Part shown: one piece after another, positions 27,168 to 36,438 of the stretch | Numbering within the stretch: the stretch's first letter is position 1 | How the letters are laid out: each line of letters starts with the position of its first letter | Source: Clostridia bacterium | Lineage (GTDB): Bacteria; Bacillota; Clostridia; Oscillospirales; CAG-272 | Direction: 5' to 3' | DNA: 64,000 nt | Assembly (NCBI GenBank): GCA_017935065.1 | Contig: JAGBIF010000019.1 | Coordinates: forward strand, 64,985 to 128,984 | Position numbers and translations under genes: made by a program | The notes under the pieces: generated by a model | The model's database searches: none | Told to the model about the DNA's origin: nothing | Seen by the model: the letters and a program-made list of their open reading frames with translations, nothing else

Positions 27168-29357
27168 TTATAGTCGGTTTCCTATTTCCGAAATTATTGC
27201 CGATACGAAGGTTACCATCTTAACCACGAGGTTCGAGAACAGAATTGCTACGAACATAATGACAACCATCGCCGCGATAGTTCCGACTACTGTAAGAATG
27301 TTCTTGCTGAGCGAATAGTCGTGAGTTACGAGCGTTCCGAAGAACAGAAGGAATGCAACCCAGATATATCCGAGCGTAACAAGAAGATTTACCATTGAGC
27401 CCTCGCCTACCGTCATTACGTTTGTAAGAATGGTGGAGATGATTATAAGCAGGGGCAGCGGTGCCAGCGAATAGGTCGTGGCAACGTAAATGTCCTTGAA
27501 GCTTCCCTCACCGTCAAAGAGCGTCGTCAGGCACCAGTTACCAACGCACCAGAGCATAACGGGAACGGTTATGGAAAGTATCTGAACTATAATAGTTGAG
27601 TAATTCTCACGGGGGTTGAAGGTATATCCCTGTCCTACCGCCTGATAGAAGAAGGCGAGGATGGTGATACCCATAATCGTTGAGCCTGCTCTGACAGAGC
27701 CGCGCTGCTCGTGCTTCAGATCCCAGAAGCCGTCGAACGGGTGCAGCCAGAGATGGAAGGCGTAAATAAGCTCCTCAACGTAGGTCTTTCTGCCAACCTT
27801 GAGCGAGGTCAGCTTGTTCTTCTTCTTTGCCCAGCCGAAGAACTTGAGCATTCCTACGATAAGTGCTATCACACCGACGAGAATAACTATAAGCACCCAA
27901 GAGCCGATAACGTTCTTACGGATAGCCGCGAACGCCTTGGAATAGGTCTCGGTCTCGTACGCGCCCTTAAGCATCTCCATAGCCTCCTCGTATTTCTCCT
28001 GGCTATAAAGCGCTTTACCTATACCGATATAGGCAAGGTCAAAGTTATTGTTTCTGGTAAGAACGTCCTGCCAATACAGAATAGCCTCGGAATAAAGATG
28101 CTCGTTCTGATTGTGAAGAGCGCTCATAATAGTGTCACAGTACTCGGTCGGCGAATAGACGGTAATCTTGAAGCCGCCCGCGGTCTCATTCGCGTTATCA
28201 AGGGTAAGAAGATAGGTTATACCGTCTACCTCATGGTAGGTGATCGCCACGAGATCCTCACCGTTACCGAGCTGGTCACCTATATCACCGAAGGCGAAAA
28301 GAAGGTTTCCGTTCTGGTCATAGGTAAATATTCTCGAGCGCTTGCTGTCAAGGATAGACCAGGAATTCTCTCTTCCTATTGCAACGTCGATTATCTTCGA
28401 GGCGCCCTTGGAGTCGGACATCGTGCTGACCATTACCTCTCCGCCAGGATCGAAGAAGCCGTTACGCTTCATAATCTCAGCGCCTGCGGAATTGAGCTTC
28501 TTGATAGGCGAATAATCGGAATTCTTTGATTTGATAGCGCCTATCTGGAGGTCAGGCTTAATACCGTCGGTGGTAGCGTATACGAAGCCGTCGCTGTCAA
28601 CCGTGATATTGTTGTAGGCGATAGAAACGTTACGTCCCGACTGCTCTCTCTGCTCCTTGGTCTGGAAGCGTCTCCAGATTATATCAATGATGGAGTAATC
28701 TGCCTTCTGCGCACCGATAAAGCCCGTGAAGTCGCCCTCCTTTGACATAACTATAACACCCTCGTTACATTCGGTCGAGGTGATGAAAAGTCTGCCGTAA
28801 AGGTCAACCGCGATAGCCATAGGCTTGAAGGAGTTCTCACGAAGAAGCGCACTCTTAGGCTCGTCAAGAGTTCTTACATAGTTAAAGTCTCTGTCAAATA
28901 CTACGATACGCATATTGAGAGTATCACAGATATAGATAAGACTCTGCTCTGTAGAGCCGCCAAGCGAGGAGGTTACGAAAACGCCCTGAGGCTTGTTGAA
29001 GGTCTGCCAATTACCGCTCTTGTCGGTAAATCCGTCTATAATGTGGATACAGGAGTAATACTTGTTAAGCACGACGATACGGTTGTTATCCTTATCCGCA
29101 ATGTAGACGTTTGCGGCATCGTCGGTTACGATATCGGTAGCGCCCTTAAGAGCCTTTCCGCCGAACTTCTCCTGAGTGATACCCATAGGAACCGAGGTAA
29201 GCGACTGAGACGCGTCATACGCCGCGGGTGACTTAAGAGGCTCACCGTCTATCGAATAGGTGTAGGTCTCGTAGGATTCAAACGCAAGAGCGTTTACCGT
29301 TCCGAAGAGCATTACGAGAACAAGGGTGAGGATAAAAATCTTTGAAAGCTTTTTCAT
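27168..29357 (-). CDS. Signal peptide + NHL-type beta-propeller + TPR + C-terminal Yip1-like polytopic membrane domain
   Basis: 729 aa. NHL-like repeats (VYIADKDNNRIVVLNK, IYICDTLNMRIVVFDRDFNY, LFITSTECNEGVIVMSK). TPR-like region (AYIGIGKALYSQEKYEEAMEML). About 5 TM helices in the last ~250 aa. Confidence 0.65.
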   Translation of the reverse strand: MKKLSKIFILTLVLVMLFGTVNALAFESYETYTYSIDGEPLKSPAAYDASQSLTSVPMGITQEKFGGKALKGATDIVTDDAANVYIADKDNNRIVVLNKYYSCIHIIDGFTDKSGNWQTFNKPQGVFVTSSLGGSTEQSLIYICDTLNMRIVVFDRDFNYVRTLDEPKSALLRENSFKPMAIAVDLYGRLFITSTECNEGVIVMSKEGDFTGFIGAQKADYSIIDIIWRRFQTKEQREQSGRNVSIAYNNITVDSDGFVYATTDGIKPDLQIGAIKSKNSDYSPIKKLNSAGAEIMKRNGFFDPGGEVMVSTMSDSKGASKIIDVAIGRENSWSILDSKRSRIFTYDQNGNLLFAFGDIGDQLGNGEDLVAITYHEVDGITYLLTLDNANETAGGFKITVYSPTEYCDTIMSALHNQNEHLYSEAILYWQDVLTRNNNFDLAYIGIGKALYSQEKYEEAMEMLKGAYETETYSKAFAAIRKNVIGSWVLIVILVGVIALIVGMLKFFGWAKKKNKLTSLKVGRKTYVEELIYAFHLWLHPFDGFWDLKHEQRGSVRAGSTIMGITILAFFYQAVGQGYTFNPRENYSTIIVQILSITVPVMLWCVGNWCLTTLFDGEGSFKDIYVATTYSLAPLPLLIIISTILTNVMTVGEGSMVNLLVTLGYIWVAFLLFFGTLVTHDYSLSKNILTVVGTIAAMVVIMFVAILFSNLVVKMVTFVSAIISEIGNRL

Positions 29358-29372
29358 TTTGCATTATCCTCC

Positions 29373-30257
29373 TTAATCCTTCATTCCCGAGGAGCCCATC
29401 GTCTCGATGATCTGGCTCTGGTTAAGCACGAATACCAGGATAGGCACGAGCATCATTACGACAGTTGCCGCAGCGCCTGCGCCCGAACGGGCTATACCGC
29501 CTGATACGATTTGCTGAATTGCGTAGTTGAAGGTCTTGAGCTCCTCCGAGTGGATGTAGATCGAGGATCCTGAGTTCCAAAGAGTCTTGAAGCACTCGAT
29601 AATAAGCGTCAGCCACGCGGGCTTAACCATAGGCATCGCGATTATAAGGTAGGTTCTGAACTCGCTTGCACCGTCAAGACGTGCGGATTCAAGAACCGTA
29701 TCGGGCACCGAGGTCTCCATAAACTGCTTCATGAGGTAAAGACCTATAGTAGTAGCCATTGAGGGTACTATAATAGAAAGGTAGGTATCAATCCATCCGA
29801 ATGCGGAAAGAATGATGAAGTGCGTTACCTGGTTAACCGTGGAGTGGAACATCAGCGACGCAACTATGAGCTGGAAGATTGCGTTTCTTCCGGGGAAACG
29901 AAGCTTTGCAAGCGAGTATGCCGCCATTGACGCAAAGATAAGGTTTCCGAGAGTACCGCATATCGTGATGAATACGGTATTGAATATGTACCTTGAGAAG
30001 GGCACCCACGAGTCACTCATAAGGGTGAACAGGTCGGAGAAGTTCTCAAAGGTGGGGCTCATAACGTAAAACTTCGGGGGGAACATAAACAGCTCGTCAA
30101 GCGGCTTCAAGGACTGAATTACAACGTAATACATAGGAATGAACATAAACAGTCCCATTATCGTGAGCAGTATTGTTATACCCGTATCTCCTCCTGCCGA
30201 ACGGTTGAGAACGACACGGTGGCCTCTGGTTCTTAATTTCTTTGACATACTACTCAC
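29373..30257 (-). CDS. Carbohydrate ABC transporter permease (MalG-like)
   Basis: 294 aa. EAA loop ESARLDGASEFRTYLIIAMPMVKP. Confidence 0.85.
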   Translation of the reverse strand: MSSMSKKLRTRGHRVVLNRSAGGDTGITILLTIMGLFMFIPMYYVVIQSLKPLDELFMFPPKFYVMSPTFENFSDLFTLMSDSWVPFSRYIFNTVFITICGTLGNLIFASMAAYSLAKLRFPGRNAIFQLIVASLMFHSTVNQVTHFIILSAFGWIDTYLSIIVPSMATTIGLYLMKQFMETSVPDTVLESARLDGASEFRTYLIIAMPMVKPAWLTLIIECFKTLWNSGSSIYIHSEELKTFNYAIQQIVSGGIARSGAGAAATVVMMLVPILVFVLNQSQIIETMGSSGMKD

Positions 30258-31197
30258 CTACCTTTGAAAGTGCCTTCTTAATGATTACGTTACAGGAGTA
30301 CATAATCACGAACAGCACTACGGCGATTGCCGATGCGTAACCGATTTCATAACGCTGTCCACCGTAGTCATTCAGGTGGTGCATTATTGTGTGCGCGGCA
30401 TAGTCGACCGAGGGGAATCCGCAGAGCGCGTCAACGACAGCACCGAAGCCGAACGAGTTAGTGATAGCAAGCACGGCACCGAACATAAGCTGAGGACGCA
30501 TCGTAGGAAGGGTTATGTACCAAAGCTCCTGCCAACGGTTCTTAATGCCGTCAACGGCAGCAGCCTCGTACATTGAGCGGTCGATAGTCTGGAAGCCCGC
30601 GATGAACGAAAGGAATGCGGTACCGAGCGAGGTCCAAAGCGCAACCACGATACAAAGAGGCATAACGTAGTCGGCATTCTGGAACCAGAGTATCGGCTCG
30701 CTGATAATTCCAAGGTCCATAAGCGTTGCGTTCGCCCATCCGTAAGAGTCCGACGAGAACAGTGTCTTCCAAATAAGGTAAACCTGTCCTGAAATCGAGG
30801 GGGCGTAGAATATAAGAGTTACAACCGAACGAAGCTTCGGAGGAAGCTCGTTGATGAACCACGCGATAAGCAGCGAAAGAAGGTAGGATACGGGACCTGT
30901 TATCGCTGCGAATATAAGCGTGTTCTGGCAAGCCAGAAGGAATATATCATCATTCAGGAACAGACGGATAAAGTTTGAAATACCAAGCCAGTTGGGCATT
31001 TCAAGCATGTTAAAGTCCGTAAGGCTCAGAATCATCGAAAGAAGAACCGGCAATATAGTAAATATAATGAAGAGAAGGAAGAACGGAGCGAGCATAAAGT
31101 ACGCCGTCTTATTGTTCTTCATCTCCTGCCATGTCCAGCGTAATTTCGAGACTTCTGAACGTTTTACAGGACGATTTGTCTCTGGGGTCTGTGACAT
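30250..31197 (-). CDS. Carbohydrate ABC transporter permease (MalF-like)
   Basis: 315 aa. EAA loop EAAAVDGIKNRWQELWYITLPTMRP. Confidence 0.85.
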   Translation of the reverse strand: MSQTPETNRPVKRSEVSKLRWTWQEMKNNKTAYFMLAPFFLLFIIFTILPVLLSMILSLTDFNMLEMPNWLGISNFIRLFLNDDIFLLACQNTLIFAAITGPVSYLLSLLIAWFINELPPKLRSVVTLIFYAPSISGQVYLIWKTLFSSDSYGWANATLMDLGIISEPILWFQNADYVMPLCIVVALWTSLGTAFLSFIAGFQTIDRSMYEAAAVDGIKNRWQELWYITLPTMRPQLMFGAVLAITNSFGFGAVVDALCGFPSVDYAAHTIMHHLNDYGGQRYEIGYASAIAVVLFVIMYSCNVIIKKALSKVGE

Positions 31198-31224
31198 TAC
31201 AATTTCTCCTTATCTCATAATGTT

Positions 31225-34200
31225 CTACTGCGTGACAGTAGTGGGAGGCTCAAGCTGGCCCTCCTCGAGAACGGGAAGGTCGAACTCAATTCTCTTACGC
31301 TCGATCTCGTCGTTGATAGCGTCAATGTATCCGCTGAGCGCCTCAACCGCATCTGCTCCGTCGTTAACAGCCGCAAGGAATGCGAACTCGGTATATCTTG
31401 CGATAATGTAAGAGCCAGGATAGTTAACTATAGAGGAAAGATGGTTCATCTGAAGCTCGATTGCCTCATACTCGCTAGCCGTCCAGGACATATTCTTAAG
31501 AGCCTTGACGTTAGCCGATTCGTATTTAGCGGAAGGACCGATGAGCGCTACCATTCTGTTACCGTAGTTGGACTGAACGCTCTCACTGGTCTGCCACTGA
31601 AGGAACTGCCATGCAGCAAGAAGATTGTCACAGCCGTTAAGAATAACCGTGGCACCTATTCCTGCAAGAGAGTCATAGTTGTAGTAGCCCGTCTGCTCGT
31701 TCTTGTAGCCGGGAAGCGACGTGAACTCCCACATACCCGCGATTTCGGTCGCGTAAACGACGAGCTGGTTGTAAATTGTTGCGTAGTCACCGATGATAAG
31801 AGGCATCTCACCCGTTCTGAAACGGTTTGCCGCATCAAAGGTTACAGGGAAGGAATAATCGCTGTAAAGTCGGCAGACATAGTCAAACGCCTCCTTTGCG
31901 ACGTTGGTATCAAGACCTATCTTGGCACCCGCATAATCGGGGTTGTCCGTGAACTTCCACATATTGCCGCCCATCTGATAAATCATAAAGTTAAGGGCAG
32001 AGCCGTAGGTAAGTCCTATCGACATATTGTTGGTCTGAAGAACGGGAAGAAGCGAAAGCAGCTCGCCCCAGGTCTCAGGAACCTCCTGACCGAGGTTTGC
32101 GAGAACGTCCATACGGTAGAACATCATAGCGAAGGACATCGTCTGAGGAATACCGTAGCACTTGTTACGGAGAATAACCGTATCCATTGCCGCGGGAACG
32201 AAGTTATCTGCGATTACCTCGTCATAGGTCAGCGATTTGAAGGTAAGCTTACCGTCGGCGCACTCCTCGCCCTTATAGGTCTTGCTGGTCGTATATACCT
32301 TTTCAATATTGTCGCCGTTCTTTACTTCCTTACAGTAGGTAAAGTAGTTGTTAGAGAACAGCTCGTTTGCGCTGACTGCATCCCTGTCAAGTGCGGATGC
32401 GGGCGCGCCCGTGTTAGGATTTATCTTAATTCCGTCAAGGTAGGGATCGTTACCGCTGACACCGTAAACTGCCTTACGAATAGCGTAGTTGATAACGTCG
32501 GTGGAACCAAGTCCTATATATACATCAGGTCCTTTACCCGAAAGGATAGAGGGAAGAAGCGTTCCTCCCGTAACGAGCTTAAGCGTTACGGCAACACCCG
32601 TGTTCTCGGTGAAGCTTCCCTTTGCGTCAATCATAGTACGCCAGATCTGCGACTGGTCGCGTCCCGTTGCAAGCCATACGTCAATCGTGACGGTGTCCTC
32701 GTCGGGAATCGTGGTAAGTCCCATCTGATCGTATTCGGTAAAGAATGAATAGAAGAAGGAGGATAATTCGAAGCCAATGGATCTGAAGAAGCCTGCGTCT
32801 CCGCGAGGAAGAACCTTTTCGTCCTTGTCTGCAGGACAAATCGAGATAGAGTCAACTATCATCGAGCTGCGCTTGGAGTTGTTTATCCAGGTACCGAGCG
32901 TACCGAGATAGGACTTAAGGGTGGTCATATTAGCCGCGATAGCGTCGCCGTACTCCTCACCCATCGTGTTAAGAAGAAGCGCTATCGTATGAAGCGTGGT
33001 GATATGAGAGCCTGTGGTACCGCAAAGCGTCTCAAACTCCTGCTTAACCGCCTCAAGCTCGATAGCCTCCTCAAGAAGGCCTCTTACAACCTCGGGCATA
33101 ATGCCGTAGAAGTCGTAGTCACGGTATTCGTCAGGATCGTTACCCGTGAGCTGAAGTATTCTTAAATAATGAGAGTTTATTTTATCAAGAGAGTTCTGTA
33201 CTCTGCGGATGAGGTCCTTAAGCGAGCCGAGCGAGCATTCAAGGTAGAGTGTGTACTCAACCCCCTCCTCGAAATAGAACTCAAAGGGTCTTTCCCTTCT
33301 TTCGATATCAACCACGTTACCGTCAAGATCGGTGTACTCGCCGTCGGAATTAACGCGGTAGCCCGTGATATCAACCTCGTTGCCGTCCTTATCGAGATAT
33401 ATGTAATCTCCGACGAAGGTCGACTGCCAAGCCTTATCGTAGTTGAACTGCGCGTCGTACGCCTCCTCAAACGGTGCGGTGGGCGTTCCGTCGGAAAGAC
33501 CGTACTTGCCGCCCGCAAGCTTTACGGTACGGCAGATATACATACCCTGAAGGGCATCCTGCTTGTAACGCATACCGAGCTTATAGAGTCCCGTGCTGTT
33601 AACCGTAAACTTGTACGCCGCCCACTGACCTACGGTATTATAGCTGTTCTCACCGATAACGTTGTAAAGCTGAGCGTTTGAGACCGAGGGGAAGGTCGAC
33701 GCGGAGGTGTTATCGTTGGTAGCCGCAACAGAGGAGTCGGATACAAAGTCGGGGAACTCCGCCTGAATATGGGTGATTTCTCCGTCCTTTGCCGTCTCGT
33801 AGCCGTTAGCCTTGTACTCGGCAAGCACATCGTTGTAGCTCCTAAGAGTAGAAGCCTCATCGTCCGCGGGAACAAGCTCAATGGACTTTACGATAACGGG
33901 ATCACGCTCTGCCGCGAGGGTGATGGTTCTGTAACCGCTCTCGAGGTAGAAGCTGAAGTAATCGTGATAGTAGCCCGTGGTATCCTGGCAGTAGTATACT
34001 CCCCACTTGGAAAGCTGGGTGATGTCAGGTGCCATCGAGTTACCGTTAATATCCTGGTGGATCTGGTATACCTCAACCGTCTCAATGCCGTCCTCAATCT
34101 TAACTACCTTCTTGAAGTAGCCAGGATTTTCTCCGCCCCGCTCGGTGTAGTATTCGACATCGTAGAAATCCTTCTCTGAGGATGCCTTGGATGTGGACGA

Positions 34201-34749
34201 GAGAAGCGTCTCGTACTTCCAGTATTTTGTGAGGTTGAGATGTCCTGCCTCGGCGAAGGGTATCTCTCCGTTAATGAAGAGCTTTCTCTCAATCGAGCTT
34301 ATACTGCTCTCGGAAGTCTCACAGTTGAAGTAGGTTATGCGGATGTAGTAGCGTCCTGCCGCACTCTCGGGAATAACCACACTCCAGGTAGCCTCGCCCG
34401 TCGAGGGAAGATAAAGCGAATTCTCCGCATTGTCTCCGAACTGCGCCCAGGCATCGGGCTTTTCCATCATAGAGTTTTGACACTCTGTGCTTTCTGATAC
34501 CTTTACTGCGCTGCCCGTGACCGTGGAGTTGTCTATGACTATCGTCGTAAGCCCCTCCTTGGATTCGGGAATCGTCTCAAGATACTCAGCGTAGGTCGTA
34601 GTACCGACCAGCTGCTGCATTTCCTTGAGCGATGCGGCGGTTGTCTCGGGCTTATTAACACCCGCGGAAGCACCGACCACAACAACGCTGAACAAGGTTG
34701 TCACGCAAAGAATCAAACAGATGATTCTTTGGAACACTGACTTTTTCAT
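31225..34749 (-). CDS. Giant extracellular solute-binding protein (1174 aa): N-terminal beta-sandwich-like modules plus a C-terminal family-1 SBP domain
   Basis: The start MKKSVFQRIICLILCVTTLFSVVVVGASAG follows the RBS gaaggag and lies downstream of the promoter at 34820-34848. The SBP-like part begins around IDVWLATGRDQSQIWRTMID. The N-terminal half contains two CBM-like segments (GRYYIRITYFNCE, GLYKLGMRYKQDA). Confidence 0.7.
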   Translation of the reverse strand: MKKSVFQRIICLILCVTTLFSVVVVGASAGVNKPETTAASLKEMQQLVGTTTYAEYLETIPESKEGLTTIVIDNSTVTGSAVKVSESTECQNSMMEKPDAWAQFGDNAENSLYLPSTGEATWSVVIPESAAGRYYIRITYFNCETSESSISSIERKLFINGEIPFAEAGHLNLTKYWKYETLLSSTSKASSEKDFYDVEYYTERGGENPGYFKKVVKIEDGIETVEVYQIHQDINGNSMAPDITQLSKWGVYYCQDTTGYYHDYFSFYLESGYRTITLAAERDPVIVKSIELVPADDEASTLRSYNDVLAEYKANGYETAKDGEITHIQAEFPDFVSDSSVAATNDNTSASTFPSVSNAQLYNVIGENSYNTVGQWAAYKFTVNSTGLYKLGMRYKQDALQGMYICRTVKLAGGKYGLSDGTPTAPFEEAYDAQFNYDKAWQSTFVGDYIYLDKDGNEVDITGYRVNSDGEYTDLDGNVVDIERRERPFEFYFEEGVEYTLYLECSLGSLKDLIRRVQNSLDKINSHYLRILQLTGNDPDEYRDYDFYGIMPEVVRGLLEEAIELEAVKQEFETLCGTTGSHITTLHTIALLLNTMGEEYGDAIAANMTTLKSYLGTLGTWINNSKRSSMIVDSISICPADKDEKVLPRGDAGFFRSIGFELSSFFYSFFTEYDQMGLTTIPDEDTVTIDVWLATGRDQSQIWRTMIDAKGSFTENTGVAVTLKLVTGGTLLPSILSGKGPDVYIGLGSTDVINYAIRKAVYGVSGNDPYLDGIKINPNTGAPASALDRDAVSANELFSNNYFTYCKEVKNGDNIEKVYTTSKTYKGEECADGKLTFKSLTYDEVIADNFVPAAMDTVILRNKCYGIPQTMSFAMMFYRMDVLANLGQEVPETWGELLSLLPVLQTNNMSIGLTYGSALNFMIYQMGGNMWKFTDNPDYAGAKIGLDTNVAKEAFDYVCRLYSDYSFPVTFDAANRFRTGEMPLIIGDYATIYNQLVVYATEIAGMWEFTSLPGYKNEQTGYYNYDSLAGIGATVILNGCDNLLAAWQFLQWQTSESVQSNYGNRMVALIGPSAKYESANVKALKNMSWTASEYEAIELQMNHLSSIVNYPGSYIIARYTEFAFLAAVNDGADAVEALSGYIDAINDEIERKRIEFDLPVLEEGQLEPPTTVTQ

Positions 34750-34819
34750 GAATCGTTCTCCTTCAAAATATCTTTTATTTGCACGCGTATAAATAATATG
34801 CGAGCCTTTTACGAAGAAA

Positions 34820-34848
34820 ATTATAGCACAAGCGAAAATAAAAGTCAA
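34820..34848 (-). promoter_or_regulatory. Near-consensus sigma-A promoter with extended -10 for the SBP locus
   Basis: The minus strand reads TTGACT-tttattttcgcttgtgc(17)-TATAAT, with TGc immediately before the -10. Confidence 0.65.
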
Positions 34849-35197
34849 GATTTGGTTTTTCACGCAAGCATTATAAATTCAGGTACGCACAGGCAAAACA
34901 TTGAATTTAAAATATTAAAACGGTTTTGCGAGGCTCGCATTTCAAAAAGAGAAAAAGCAGATTTGTTGGGGAAGTAAATTTCTTTTACCAAAATATTCGC
35001 TTCAATCCTTGGTTTTTCGCTATAATTTGTTAAAATGTAAGCTCTATTTACTTTCTCGCCGTTGAACATGACAAAAATTCCTCAAAAAAACGCCGTCTTA
35101 TAATACTTGTAAGGTTTGCACAAATTATGAATAATAATTTCTACATGAGTTTTTTGCGTTTTTTTGCTCCGTTCGGCAAAATCACCGAGACGGGACT

Positions 35198-35243
35198 AAA
35201 AAAAGGGACAGCGGCACGAGGCAAGCACTCGCTCCGTTGTTCC
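35198..35243 (-). terminator. Putative terminator downstream of apbE
   Basis: Imperfect GC-rich hairpin (ggaacaacgg...ccgctgtccc on the minus strand) followed by a U7 run. Confidence 0.5.
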
Positions 35244-35314
35244 TTTTTCAGTGCGCGACAAGAGAAGAAGGTGCTCTTTTCCGCGCCGTAAAATGAATGG
35301 CTTCTTCTTTAAGT

Positions 35315-36379
35315 TCAATTTATAATATAATCCTCAAAGCCGTCGGAATATATCTTCTCTCCGTCTGCCGTAACCCACATAACGTATACGCCCTCAAACG
35401 ACGAGACGAGCGCTCTGCCCTCCTCTATCGGCATACACATAAGCGCGGTTGAAAGAGCGTCGGCAATTCCTGAATCGGCACATATGACGCTTACCGAAAG
35501 ATAGCCCTCATCCGAGGGAAAAAGAGTGTCCTTATCAATAATGTGATGATACCTTACTCCGTCCTTTTCAAAGAAGCGCTGATATACTCCGCTTGTGACA
35601 AGAGAGGTGTCCGAGAGCGAAAGATACTCTATATAGGGCTTGTCCTTATCGGCAGTATCGGGGTTTTCTACGGCAACGGTAAAGCCCCCCTCGGGTGCCT
35701 GACCTATTACTCTGACGTTTCCGCCTACATTGAGAATATAGCCCGTAATACCCATTTCAGAAAGCCGCCTCGCTACACGTTCGGTAGCATATCCCTTGGC
35801 AATCGCGCCGACGTCAAGACGAAGCTCGGGGTCGGTGAGCGTTACGGTTGACGCCTCCTCGTCGATTACGATACACCCTATATCCGTATGCGCGTATTTC
35901 TCAAGAAGATAGGAATATTCGGGAAGCGAGAGCGCATCATCGGTCGGCCCCTCAGTATCCTCTGCCCTCTCTCTTACGGTATGCCATACCGAAAGCACGC
36001 TGCCCATAGCGACGTTTACGTAGCCGTCCGTCCTTTCGTGCATCTCGACGCAAAGCTTAAGCAGGTCGATTATCTCCCTGTCAACAGCCACACTCTCACC
36101 GCACGCGGAATTGACTGTGGCTAGGTTATTCATTCCCTCGTAGGTGTGATAAATATCAAAAAGCTTATGGTATCTTTCAAGCTCACCTAAAACAATATCG
36201 GCATTTTTATCAAAGCGCGCGCGGTTTTGGTCGTAGCCTATAACCGTAGTAAGAGTATCGAAGTAATCGAAGCTGTACTCGGTATACCTTTGGCTTGGAA
36301 GAGAGCAGGAAGATGTAAAAATCAGAACAGAAATAAGCAAGAGGACACCAACGCCCCTCTTGACAAGAGATAAAAGCAT
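35315..36379 (-). CDS. apbE: FAD:protein FMN transferase (ApbE family) lipoprotein
   Basis: 354 aa with lipobox FTSSC. ApbE motifs DVGAIAKGYA and TSGVYQRFF. Confidence 0.85.
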   Translation of the reverse strand: MLLSLVKRGVGVLLLISVLIFTSSCSLPSQRYTEYSFDYFDTLTTVIGYDQNRARFDKNADIVLGELERYHKLFDIYHTYEGMNNLATVNSACGESVAVDREIIDLLKLCVEMHERTDGYVNVAMGSVLSVWHTVRERAEDTEGPTDDALSLPEYSYLLEKYAHTDIGCIVIDEEASTVTLTDPELRLDVGAIAKGYATERVARRLSEMGITGYILNVGGNVRVIGQAPEGGFTVAVENPDTADKDKPYIEYLSLSDTSLVTSGVYQRFFEKDGVRYHHIIDKDTLFPSDEGYLSVSVICADSGIADALSTALMCMPIEEGRALVSSFEGVYVMWVTADGEKIYSDGFEDYIIN

Positions 36380-36438
36380 ACAGTGTCCCCCTTTTCTTAC
36401 ACTTATTTAATTTGCACCCTTTCGGTGGCAGATTTTAC

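Noticed and set aside
31441-32748. 435-aa ORF antisense to the giant SBP gene. The same applies to 27711-28529, 17295-18113, 47345-48139 and 49827-50450.
   Set aside because: All lie within well-supported genes on the other strand and lack starts with an RBS, signal peptides or motifs.
34750-34863. ORF-track N-terminal extension of the giant SBP (start 34863)
   Set aside because: The predicted promoter (34820-34848) lies inside this extension. The ATG at 34749 has a GAAGGAG RBS and starts a signal peptide.
34860-35069. 69-aa ORF (minus strand) upstream of the SBP locus, and the 63-aa ORF at 43378-43569
   Set aside because: Both lie in AT-rich intergenic promoter regions. They have no RBS and implausible composition.
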